Shown here piece after piece: positions 52,488 to 61,214 of a stretch of 64,000 nucleotides of DNA. Source of the DNA: Candidatus Latescibacterota bacterium. Lineage in GTDB: Bacteria; Latescibacterota; UBA2968; SICM01. Position numbers and translations under genes: made by a program. The notes below the pieces were generated by a model. It made no database searches. It was not told where the DNA came from and saw only the letters and a program-made list of their open reading frames with translations. Where the stretch lies: NCBI GenBank assembly GCA_965217865.1, contig CBDCJO010000002.1:5152001-5216000 (forward strand). The letters run 5' to 3'. Each line of letters begins with the position of its first letter. The first letter of the stretch is position 1.

Positions 52488-52582
52488 CTCGAATAGCTAA
52501 GCGTTATTTTCAAAAATTAAAGGGATATCCAGTTTGGGAAGCCGGGTTTCGCATTTTTAAGCCGGACGAAGGAGCAGTCACC

Positions 52583-53257
52583 ATGAAACCCATTATCCGT
52601 ATCACGATCGGATCGATCGCAGGGATTCTGTTGATCTTCGCCCCGGTCGGGGCCGAGGGCGAGATCGAAGTCGGTACGGAATGGACCGGGACACTCAGGG
52701 ATAAAACCACGCTTACCCGTAAAGGGCTCGATGAAGTCCTGGACGAACATAAAAAGTGGCTTTCCACGAAGGGGAATGAAGGTCGCCGGGCCGACCTTCA
52801 AGAGGCCGACCTTCGCGGAGCGAAGATGGTGGGTGTGGATCTCAGGAAGGGAGATTTAAAGAAAGCCAATCTGAGCAAGTCTGACTTGAGGGATGCCAAG
52901 ATGGGCGGGGCGGAATTGAAAGGGGCCAACCTGAAAGGTGCGAACTTGAGAGGAATCGACCTGCGCCGTGCCGATCTCAGCCAGGCCGATCTGAGCCTTT
53001 CCAACCTGGGGGGGGCCGATCTGAGCGGCGCAAATCTGAAGTTTGCCAACCTGCAGAGCACTCGAATGATCCGCGCCTATCTGATGAATGCGAACTTGAG
53101 CGATGCGGATTTGACCAACGCAGATCTGAGCTTTTCCAATCTGAATTTCGCCGACATGAGCTTTTCCAAACTCGTGGGTACTGACCTTAGCGGTGCCGAT
53201 CTCAGCCAGACCTACCTGTGGCGTGCCAAAATCTGGAATGTAAAACGATTCCGTTAA
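52583..53257 (+). CDS. Exported pentapeptide-repeat protein
   Basis: AAGGAG RBS + ATG 52583, signal peptide MKPIIRITIGSIAGILLIFAPVGA, 'LDEHKKWL..G.RADL', then pentapeptide repeats. Confidence 0.85.
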   Translation: MKPIIRITIGSIAGILLIFAPVGAEGEIEVGTEWTGTLRDKTTLTRKGLDEVLDEHKKWLSTKGNEGRRADLQEADLRGAKMVGVDLRKGDLKKANLSKSDLRDAKMGGAELKGANLKGANLRGIDLRRADLSQADLSLSNLGGADLSGANLKFANLQSTRMIRAYLMNANLSDADLTNADLSFSNLNFADMSFSKLVGTDLSGADLSQTYLWRAKIWNVKRFR

Positions 53258-53384
53258 AGCTGGGGCCACACGTCAGAGGTCAGGGCAAGTGAAACGTGAG
53301 TCGGGGAAAGCAGTAGCAGTGGCAGTGGCAGGAAAAGCAAAGCCAGTAGCGAAGCCGAATTAGACAATATCAAGTTCAACCGGA

Positions 53385-53442
53385 CTTCCCCTCTCCCGGC
53401 ATCCGGGAGAGGGGTGCCGAGCAGCGCGAGGCGGGGTGAGGG
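53385..53442 (-). repeat. REP-like element, copy 2 of 9920-9976
   Basis: Reverse-complement near-identity. Confidence 0.85.
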
Positions 53443-53651
53443 AGCAAAACGGCGTACCAAAATATCATAGCGCCTTCCGGATCGAGGTGGTTACGCCAGA
53501 GCGAAGCGAAGCCCGCGATAGATAGGAGATCCTAGAGCACAATGAATACCTCCTGAACCCTTCGACAAGCTCAGGACAAACTCCGGTCCGCGTTTTTTGC
53601 GGAACTCTCGAAGGATGGGGATCGGGATGATGGCTGGAGATGGAATTGTTG

Positions 53652-53680
53652 TTGACTTCGTATTGATTCCGCGATATCAT
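53652..53680 (+). promoter_or_regulatory. Putative sigma-70 promoter
   Basis: TTGACT-17 nt-TATCAT. Confidence 0.6.
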
Positions 53681-53738
53681 TCCTTCATTCTAAACCTTCT
53701 GCCGGTCCTTTGATGAGAGCGTGAGATTGAGAAAACGG

Positions 53739-53771
53739 AAAAAAACCGCACCGGACCGGTGCGGTTTTTTT
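53739..53771 (+). terminator. Intrinsic terminator within the leader of the CutA genes
   Basis: AAAAAAACCGCACCG-GAC-CGGTGCGGTTTTTTT. Confidence 0.8.
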
Positions 53772-53853
53772 ATGTCTGAATAAATCAGATATGATCTAGA
53801 TCTTCTGTTCGAGGTAATGGGTTTTGTTTTCCTTTCTAAGAGGTGATTACTGC

Positions 53854-54819
53854 ATGATCATCGTGTTTCTGGTCCTGTTCGGAATAACCGTCAACGGAGA
53901 GACAGGATCTCCTGAAAAACGGGGAGACTCCGTGATCGTCGAGCCTGCTGCGATTGACTCTCAGTCCGAAGTCCGGAAAAATGGTGTGAAAGAAGAAGGG
54001 GGGAAGATCATCAAAGATGTCTGGGGCAACCTGCTGAAGGGACTGGGTATCATCGTCGTGCTGCTCGCCATCCGCGCGATCCGGGGAGCGGTCAGAAGGG
54101 ATGTGTCGACAAAAGAGGGCATCGGTGTCTTCGTGACCGCGAGTTCAGCGGAGGAAGCCGGGAAAATCGAACGGGTCGTTTCAGGAGAGGGCCTTGCGTC
54201 TTCTGGAAACCTGTTTCCGCAAATTCGATCCATCTACCGCTGGAATGACAAGATCGAAGACAGGCCTGAGTCCCTTTCGATACTCTATACCACACAAGTC
54301 CATCTGGAATCCCTTATCGGGAGGATCGAGGAAATTCACAGTTATGATGTTCCCGCAATCATCGCACTCGCAAGCCCCTATTCACCGGAAAACAAACCTT
54401 TTATGGATTCTGTTATGGTTTTCATCACGTGTGGATCGGATGATGAAGCCTTGCGAATCGGTCGAACCGCGGTAGGGGAACGCCTGGCGGCAAGCGTTAA
54501 CATCGTTGGACGGATTCGATCGATCTACAGGTGGCAACGATCCGTTCAGGACCAGCCGGAAGTGCTGATGATCGCAAAGACGACCCAGGGCCGGATGGAA
54601 CAACTCACCGAGCGGGTGATTGAACTGCACACCCACGACGTCCCTGAAATTTTCGTGCTTCCGATATTCCAGGGTTCCAAACCCTATCTGGATTGGGTGC
54701 GAGAGAGCACTCACTCCGAAGGATGGTGGAAGCGAATCTGGCGAACAGCTCCTAAGGCCACAAACAAGGTGCCGGGAGCTGTGACTTCTCAAAAGATGTC
54801 AATAATGCATAGAGGGTAG
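53854..54819 (+). CDS. Membrane-anchored protein with two tandem CutA (divalent-cation tolerance, PII-like) domains
   Basis: Signal-like N-terminus, TM GLGIIVVLLAI, two IRSIYRW...E...H(S/T)(Y/H)DVP(A/E)I repeats. Confidence 0.85.
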   Translation: MIIVFLVLFGITVNGETGSPEKRGDSVIVEPAAIDSQSEVRKNGVKEEGGKIIKDVWGNLLKGLGIIVVLLAIRAIRGAVRRDVSTKEGIGVFVTASSAEEAGKIERVVSGEGLASSGNLFPQIRSIYRWNDKIEDRPESLSILYTTQVHLESLIGRIEEIHSYDVPAIIALASPYSPENKPFMDSVMVFITCGSDDEALRIGRTAVGERLAASVNIVGRIRSIYRWQRSVQDQPEVLMIAKTTQGRMEQLTERVIELHTHDVPEIFVLPIFQGSKPYLDWVRESTHSEGWWKRIWRTAPKATNKVPGAVTSQKMSIMHRG

Positions 54820-54824
54820 ACAAC

Positions 54825-55484
54825 GTGATCGTGATTTACGTGGTCCTGGCCGCACTGTTATGTACAGCGGGGGCCGACGCCGACTCTGAGAATCCGGGTC
54901 CATCTGTTCTGAAGGCCGCAGAGAGCGACGGAGAGGGAACGGAAGAAGCGGTATTTCGGGGCAAGCTTTTCTCCTGGATCGCCCGCAACCTGGCCAGGGT
55001 TGTGTTTGTCGTGGCGGCATTGCTGGGGTTGGCCCAGATCCTGAACAGGTTTACCGGCGTCAGCATCGTATTGACCCATACAAAATCCGAGGAGGCTGCA
55101 GCCAGCATCGGCCGCAGCCTGGTGGGAGAGCGCCTGGCGGCCAGCGCGAACATTATCAAGGGGCTCGGATCGATCCCTTCAGTACAGGAGATCGGATTCG
55201 ATAAACCGGATTTCGTCCCGTTGGTTCTCCAGACCACACGTCTCCGGATGAAACGCCTTTCCAGGCGGGTGGAGGAACTACAAAGGGATGATGTCCCCCA
55301 GATCATCGAACACCCTATCCTGGAGGGTTCCAGGCATTTTCTTGCGTGGGTACGGGAGGAGGTCCATAACGGACCCTGGTGGCAGCTCTATTGGCGAATT
55401 TTACGATTTTTAAGAATCTCACCCAAACCATCAGAGCGACCCTTTCACGGGGTGGGACGGTCGCGGTTGGAAAGAAGAGGGTGA
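54825..55484 (+). CDS. Membrane-anchored protein with one degenerate CutA domain
   Basis: Signal peptide, TM VVFVVAALLGLA, LVGERLAASANII..DDVPQII..ILEGS..FLAWVRE. Confidence 0.78.
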   Translation: MIVIYVVLAALLCTAGADADSENPGPSVLKAAESDGEGTEEAVFRGKLFSWIARNLARVVFVVAALLGLAQILNRFTGVSIVLTHTKSEEAAASIGRSLVGERLAASANIIKGLGSIPSVQEIGFDKPDFVPLVLQTTRLRMKRLSRRVEELQRDDVPQIIEHPILEGSRHFLAWVREEVHNGPWWQLYWRILRFLRISPKPSERPFHGVGRSRLERRG

Positions 55485-55510
55485 CAAAGTGAAACGCGGG
55501 AGGTAACTTC

Positions 55511-56272
55511 ATGCCACAGAAAAGGGTCCTGATCACGGGGATGTCGGGGTTAATCGGAGGTGTGGTTCGGAAGCGCTTGGAGGGTCGATATGAGCTCAGT
55601 GCGCTGAATCGTCGAGACGTACCGGGGGTGGTCCCCTGCCATCGGGCGGATATCGCAGACCTCGACGCGATTCAACCGGCGTTCGAGGGGGTGGATGTGG
55701 TCGTCCATCTGGCCGCGTACGCGAAAACGGAGGCAACCTGGGAAGAGATCCTCAATAACAACGTCATCGGTACGTATAACGTCTTTGAATCGTCCAGACG
55801 GGCGGGGGTAAAGCGTGTCATCTACGCCAGCAGCGGTGCGACGATTTCGGGTGTGGAGAAGGAATCTCCGTACCGGGAAATAGCGGGAGGCCGCTATGAC
55901 GAGGTCCCCGAGAACTGGGGCAAGGTGACGCACGAATCGCCCACGCGACCGGTTGAGCTCTACGGATGCAGCAAGATCTGGGGTGAGGCCCTTGCCAGAC
56001 AGTTCACGGATGACTACGATCTCTCGATTATCTGTGTGCGCATCGGGGCGGTCAATCGGGAGGACCGGCCGTTGTCCCCACGCCAGTATTCCGTCTGGTG
56101 CAGTCAGCGGGATATCGCTCAGATGATCGAGAGGTGCATAGAAGCCCCCGAACAGATCCGGTTCGACATCTTCTTTGCGGTTTCGGACAACCGATGGAGC
56201 TATCGGGATACTGACCATGCCAGGGAGGTCGTCGGTTTCGTTGCACAGGATTCGGCTGATTCCTATCGGTGA
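55511..56272 (+). CDS. NAD-dependent epimerase/dehydratase (uronate dehydrogenase-like)
   Basis: ITGMSGLIG, VVHLAA, YGCSK. Confidence 0.9.
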   Translation: MPQKRVLITGMSGLIGGVVRKRLEGRYELSALNRRDVPGVVPCHRADIADLDAIQPAFEGVDVVVHLAAYAKTEATWEEILNNNVIGTYNVFESSRRAGVKRVIYASSGATISGVEKESPYREIAGGRYDEVPENWGKVTHESPTRPVELYGCSKIWGEALARQFTDDYDLSIICVRIGAVNREDRPLSPRQYSVWCSQRDIAQMIERCIEAPEQIRFDIFFAVSDNRWSYRDTDHAREVVGFVAQDSADSYR

Positions 56273-56844
56273 GAGAAGTAGAGGCCGGAGGCCAGAAGTC
56301 AGGGATCAGGGAAAAAGAAAACCGTGAAACGTGAGATGTCAGACGTGAGACGGGAAAGCAGTAGCAGGTCGCAGGTGGCAGGAATTTCATAAGCAGGGGT
56401 CGAGGAAAATTGAAGATTGAAGGTTACATCGTCGATTAAGTGCAGATGAAATTGGAGCCGTTTCCTGGCGGCGAATACCTCGAGAGAAAGGGGTCAGATG
56501 TCCGAGCTCATGAGATGAAAATACAAAAGGCAAGTCATAGGTGATGGGAAAACCCCTTAGATTCTGTGGGACCCGACTCCAGTCGGGGAACAAGGTCATC
56601 GTCGAAAAGAAAAAGTTCCTTCAAGAGTGATCCTGGCCCTTCAAAGCCAATTCCCGGTCTGGAGACCGGTCCCACAACTTGTGGCCACATAAGGCCAGGG
56701 GTTAATGTTTTGACAATCTCTTTTGATTTACAGGAGCCACCTCCTGGGGGCGAAAGCCAGGGGATCGTGATTCGGGACTCGGAAACCCGAATCCTATCGG
56801 TTAAAATCCTTGACCCTTCCTCAGATGATTCGCATCGCTTTTTA

Positions 56845-56911
56845 ACGAATCACGAATCACGAATCACGAATCACGAATCACGAATCACGAATCACGAATC
56901 ACGAATCACGA
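56845..56911 (+). repeat. Perfect tandem heptamer (ACGAATC)9
   Basis: Nine exact units plus ACGA, just past the stop of the minus-strand PLP gene. Confidence 0.97.
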
Positions 56912-56918
56912 TAGATGT

Positions 56919-58016
56919 CTACTGCAATTTCCCCCTTCCCTCCATCTTCCACACGACCTCCACACGATCATTTCGAATTCCCACGAGCTCGTTGTGCAAG
57001 ACCATGGTGCTGTCGCTGTAGCCGGGGATGAATTCCACCTTATCGCCGATTTTCAGCTTCTGGGCGTCGCCCGTGAGATTCAGTAGACCGTGTTCAGCCG
57101 ACAGGCTTTTGACTTCCACTCCCTCGGCCCCAATCGGGGTGGGTAGCCCGTGGCCAACGCTCATGGTCTTGAAGCCGGCGTCGACCACTGCGCGGCCGGG
57201 TCTCCGACGGCTGGAGACGCTCGTGAGAACGGTCAGGGCGAATTCCAGGCCGGTCACCTGAAACTTATCTGCGTAGAGCAGATCCATAAACGTGCCTCCT
57301 CCGGCCTGGATCTCGGTGATTCCGGGAAAGGCCGAAGAGATCCGGAAGCTGCCCGTGGCCCCGGCGGTGACGATGTCCACAGGGAGGCCATCCTTGAGAA
57401 CCAGGTCGGCGGTGTCCGTGAGAAGCTTGAGGGCCTTGTGAATGGCGTCTTTTTTCTCCTCCTGATCGGGAATCCCTAACAGATGGCCCTCATAGCCCAT
57501 GACCCCTGCGAATGACAATCCCTTGGTTCGATCGATCTTCCTTGCGAGGTCGAGCGCCGGTTCGCCAGGATCTACTCCAACCCGATCCATTCCGATATCA
57601 AGCTCCGGGATGACGCGGATGGTGACGCCGGCCTCCACAGCAGCAGCGCCGAGGAGATCTGCGCCTTCCGGGCAGTCAACGACCGCGACGGGGTCGGCCT
57701 GACTGCGGAGGGCAACGAGTCGCTTCGCCTTCTGAGAGGTTCCGAGGGGGTTTGCGATCAGGATGTCGCGTACCCCGCCAGCGGCCATGACTTCGGCTTC
57801 ACCTAGCTTAGCACATGTCACGCCGATGGCCCCCGCGGCGATCTGTCGATGGACGATAGCAGGAGTCTTGTGACACTTGGAATGGGGACGCCAAGTGACC
57901 CCATTCCCTTTCATGCAGGAGGCCATTTCGGCGATATTTCGATCCATGATGTCCAGATCGACAAGGAGAGCCGGCGTGTCGATGTCCTGCTTATGTGTAC
58001 CGATAGGAGGGGGCAT
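56919..58016 (-). CDS. DSD1/D-threonine aldolase-like PLP-dependent enzyme (alanine racemase fold)
   Basis: TPALLVD, RPHSKCHK, CAKLGEAE, GYEGH, DAGFK and SAEHG motifs. Confidence 0.9.
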   Translation of the reverse strand: MPPPIGTHKQDIDTPALLVDLDIMDRNIAEMASCMKGNGVTWRPHSKCHKTPAIVHRQIAAGAIGVTCAKLGEAEVMAAGGVRDILIANPLGTSQKAKRLVALRSQADPVAVVDCPEGADLLGAAAVEAGVTIRVIPELDIGMDRVGVDPGEPALDLARKIDRTKGLSFAGVMGYEGHLLGIPDQEEKKDAIHKALKLLTDTADLVLKDGLPVDIVTAGATGSFRISSAFPGITEIQAGGGTFMDLLYADKFQVTGLEFALTVLTSVSSRRRPGRAVVDAGFKTMSVGHGLPTPIGAEGVEVKSLSAEHGLLNLTGDAQKLKIGDKVEFIPGYSDSTMVLHNELVGIRNDRVEVVWKMEGRGKLQ

Positions 58017-58029
58017 GAAAGGCTCCAAG

Positions 58030-58133
58030 TTGAATATTGAAGATTGAATATTTAAGATTGAAAGGATCCATAAGGACTAAAGAAAGCCCTGAGTTGTTCA
58101 ATGTTCAATTTTCCGATATTCAATATTCAATGA
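58030..58133. repeat. ~105-bp heptamer fold-back element, copy 1
   Basis: TTGAA(G/T)A arm versus TTCAAT arm; tail TCCGATATTCAATATTCAATGA shared with 60123-60230 and 63079-63180. Confidence 0.85.
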
Positions 58134-58364
58134 AGTTTGGTGGGGATCGCAAAATATAGCCGAACTCAAAAGGTTGAGCAAGGGAAATGATCGCAGGACC
58201 GTCAAGCGTGATGCAGAAGGGCGAAATAGAGATTTTGAATTACGAGATGCGCTTCACGATCTTTATTTCTTGATGGGCCTATTAAGTAAAGGTATATTGG
58301 GGCCTTCGAATGAGATTTTCCGAATCGGATATCATCAGATTATTCAATTGAAAGGAGATCTCCA

Positions 58365-59294
58365 ATGGCGATCAGTAACTCTGATATCGGTGATTTGCTG
58401 AAGCGGCTTGAAGGGTTTTCAGTGGCGATTCTTACGCCGCTTCAAGAGGACGGCGATCTGGATGTCCCTGCCCTGGAACGGATAATCGACCGGGTTCTTA
58501 CGGCCGGTGCCCGGGGGGTGTTCCCCCTGGGATGGATGGGAGAGGGGCCCCTCCTGACGGATCGCCTTCAATCCCGCGTCGTGCAGGAAACCGTCCGAAT
58601 CGTCAACGGACGAGCGCTCGTGATCAGCGGGGTCACGGACCAGAGTCTTCCAAGGGTCCTGGAACGGGCGGACATGATCAAGAAAGCCGGTGCGGATATC
58701 ATCCTTTCCACCCCGCCTTACAGCTACCATATCGGTTCGGACGCGATCCATGAGTATTTCAAATCCCTGGCTGAGAAGAGCAACATGCCGGTCATCGTAT
58801 ATCACAACAACGAACTCACGGTGCGGCCCGACTTTCCCCTGATGCTTCGGCTCTCCGAGACCCCGGGGGTTATCGGGGTGAAGGCGTCTTGCGATTTCAA
58901 TCTGTTTCAGCGGTATTTTTTCAGGGCTGGCAAGCCGGGCCGCTTTGCGGTGTTCTCATCCTCGATGTACCACATCGCGGTTGTCCTGTTCCTGGGGGTA
59001 AGACACCTGATGCTGGGAACTCCGGGGAATCTGACGCCGGGTATGTGCGGGCGATTGTTTCGCCAGGCGGAAGCGGGGGAATGGGAGGCTGTCGCGAAGG
59101 ATTACAGGCGAATGGTCGCGCTCTACAACACCCTGGCCATCGAGACAAGCGGAGGGGACGTGGGCGTCAAGCTTGCGCTGAGTGAGTTGGGTTTCTGCAA
59201 ACCCTACGTGACGCCTCCGCTCAAACAACTTCCTCCTGAAGAACAGGCGGTCATGAGGAAGGCGGTGGTGGAATTTAAGGATATCGTAAATTAA
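58365..59294 (+). CDS. Dihydrodipicolinate synthase / N-acetylneuraminate lyase family protein
   Basis: ILTPL, LGWMGE, PPY, IVYHN, IGVK (Schiff-base Lys). Confidence 0.88.
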   Translation: MAISNSDIGDLLKRLEGFSVAILTPLQEDGDLDVPALERIIDRVLTAGARGVFPLGWMGEGPLLTDRLQSRVVQETVRIVNGRALVISGVTDQSLPRVLERADMIKKAGADIILSTPPYSYHIGSDAIHEYFKSLAEKSNMPVIVYHNNELTVRPDFPLMLRLSETPGVIGVKASCDFNLFQRYFFRAGKPGRFAVFSSSMYHIAVVLFLGVRHLMLGTPGNLTPGMCGRLFRQAEAGEWEAVAKDYRRMVALYNTLAIETSGGDVGVKLALSELGFCKPYVTPPLKQLPPEEQAVMRKAVVEFKDIVN

Positions 59295-59334
59295 TCTGGA
59301 TTCCCGGTCCGCCCTATGAAAGGAGTAAGCACGT

Positions 59335-60117
59335 ATGGAAATGAAGGATAAAGTTGCCATCGTAACCGGCGCGGGTCAGGGTATCGGCGAGGCCACCGCA
59401 AAATGTTTGGGGGGAGAGGGGGCGTCGATCGTGGTCGTGGATATGAATTCGTCCACGGGAAACGATACAGCCAAAGGCATCAAGGATGAAGGCGGAACGG
59501 CGAGTTTCGTGGAAGCGGACGTATCTGCCCCAGATGCTGTGAAAAAGATGGTGGATCACGCCGTTTCAACGTATGGAAGCATAGACACGCTGATCAATAT
59601 CGCGGGCATCCAGGGGATGGTGGCGGATATCGTCGACCTTCCTGAGGATGTATGGTACAGTGTCGTGAACGTCAATCTCACGAGCGTGTATCTCTGTTCG
59701 AAGTACTGCATCCCCCACATGCGGAAAATCGGCGGGGGGGCCATCGTCAATGTCGCATCGATGCAAAGCTATTTCAACATGCCGGGATCCTCTGCGTACG
59801 CGGCAGCCAAAGGGGGCATCGTATCGCTGACCAGGAGCATGGCGCTTGATTTCGCCCGTGAAAATATTCGAGTGAATGCCGTGGCTCCGGGGTACATCAA
59901 TACCCCACTGCTGCAAAGCTTCGCCGAGGAAACGGGTGATGCGGAGGCTGCGGTCGCAAAATGGAGCAGCCGTATCCCGATCGGACGCTTGCAGGAACCC
60001 GAGGAAGTTGCACAGGTGATCCTTTTCCTGGCGAGCGCCCGTGCATCGGCGGTGACCGGGGTGACTTATCCAGTAGATGGGGGCATCCTGACGGCTCAGC
60101 CAATGTGGGAACCGTAA
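59335..60117 (+). CDS. SDR family oxidoreductase
   Basis: TGAGQGIG, NIAG, YAAAK, NAVAPG. Confidence 0.95.
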   Translation: MEMKDKVAIVTGAGQGIGEATAKCLGGEGASIVVVDMNSSTGNDTAKGIKDEGGTASFVEADVSAPDAVKKMVDHAVSTYGSIDTLINIAGIQGMVADIVDLPEDVWYSVVNVNLTSVYLCSKYCIPHMRKIGGGAIVNVASMQSYFNMPGSSAYAAAKGGIVSLTRSMALDFARENIRVNAVAPGYINTPLLQSFAEETGDAEAAVAKWSSRIPIGRLQEPEEVAQVILFLASARASAVTGVTYPVDGGILTAQPMWEP

Positions 60118-60122
60118 GGAAA

Positions 60123-60230
60123 TTGAAGATTGAAGATTATTGAAGATATTGAAGATTGAAGATCGATAGAACCACAAATAGAGTCCTGGGTTTTCAAATA
60201 TTCAATTCTCCGATATTCAATATTCAATGA
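60123..60230. repeat. Heptamer fold-back element, copy 2
   Basis: As 58030-58133. Confidence 0.85.
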
Positions 60231-60284
60231 ATAGTAACAGGTGGCAGGAAATTCTCAAGGTGATTCTTTCCAGGAGAGCTCAGC

Positions 60285-60587
60285 ATGATCGATCAGGGTC
60301 AGGATTTTCCAATCGAGGAGGTCCGCACTTTTTGCCGGAGGTATGGAGTGCGCGAACTAGCTCTTTTCGGTTCGGCCGCGAGAGACGATTCAAATGCCGG
60401 CAGTGACGTGGATCTTCTGGTTGAATTCAATCCGGAAACAGAGGTCGGCTTTATCACGCTTTCCAGAATGCAGAGGGAGCTCTCGGAGATCCTGAGTCGA
60501 CAGGTTGATCTGGTGCCGAAACAGGGCCTGAAGCCCATGGTTCGCCAGGCCGTATTGTCCAGCGCTAAGGTGGTTTATGAGGCGTGA
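60285..60587 (+). CDS. MNT-family nucleotidyltransferase antitoxin (MntA-like)
   Basis: LFGSAARDD...SDVDLLVEF..VDLV. Confidence 0.9.
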   Translation: MIDQGQDFPIEEVRTFCRRYGVRELALFGSAARDDSNAGSDVDLLVEFNPETEVGFITLSRMQRELSEILSRQVDLVPKQGLKPMVRQAVLSSAKVVYEA

Positions 60588-60642
60588 GGAATTGTATTTG
60601 GCGGACATAGTGGAGGCAGCGGACGCGATCGAGCAATTCCTA
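60577..60642 (+). pseudogene. HepT/DUF86 toxin 5' remnant
   Basis: Overlapping ATG, MRREELYLADIVEAADAIEQFL, then heptamer repeat DNA and a stop at 60685-60687. Confidence 0.75.
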
Positions 60643-60884
60643 AGGTCAGAGGTCGGAAGTCAGAGGCAACTGAACATTGAAGATTGAAAGACCGTCAAAC
60701 AAGCAACTCGTGAGACGGCAAACGGGATCAAGGGTTAGAGGTTGGGTGGCGGCGACCGGGGAGACTCCGGAACTGCGGCGTATCGTCAGCATCATCATCC
60801 AGGATGAATACCAGTAGGCAGACCAGTCGGCGGAATTGGGCAATACGTTGAACAGAAGTCGAAAAAGAGAATGAGCGAGTGAAG

Positions 60885-61082
60885 ATGGAAGAGTCGCCAG
60901 ATCCCAACGAAGAGATGTGTCCAGGCTGCTCTGGCCAAGGTACAAATACCTGCACCGAATGTGGTGGGGTGGGGACAAGGTCGGTTGGTACTCATTCAGC
61001 GGGTGAGATGTGTCACGCGTGCAACGGTACGGGACGTGTTACCTGTCCAACCTGTTTCGGGACGGGAAGACGGGCCAGTTGA
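60885..61082 (+). CDS. Small stand-alone DnaJ-type zinc-finger protein
   Basis: Four CxxCxGxG repeats in 65 aa. Confidence 0.7.
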   Translation: MEESPDPNEEMCPGCSGQGTNTCTECGGVGTRSVGTHSAGEMCHACNGTGRVTCPTCFGTGRRAS

Positions 61083-61098
61083 TTCCGATAGATGTGAA

Positions 61099-61158
61099 AA
61101 ACACGGCGCGGCCCATCCGTTCTATTGGGGGGCGTTTGTGAGTGTGGGGGAACCGTGA
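61099..61158 (+). pseudogene. CHAT domain C-terminal remnant
   Basis: KHGAAHPFYWGAFVSVGEP* matches the HPxxWAxF..G terminus of CHAT proteases. Confidence 0.7.
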
Positions 61159-61214
61159 AGGGGAGAGGCAGTAGCAGTAGCAGTTTCAGGAAGAGTTTCC
61201 GAATGAGTGATTGA

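Noticed and set aside
56845-56911. CRISPR array
   Set aside because: Tandem heptamers without spacers; no cas genes or 23-47-bp repeat-spacer pattern anywhere in the window.
56566-57021. ORF with ITNHESR repeats
   Set aside because: Translation of the (ACGAATC)n microsatellite; overlaps the PLP gene on the opposite strand.
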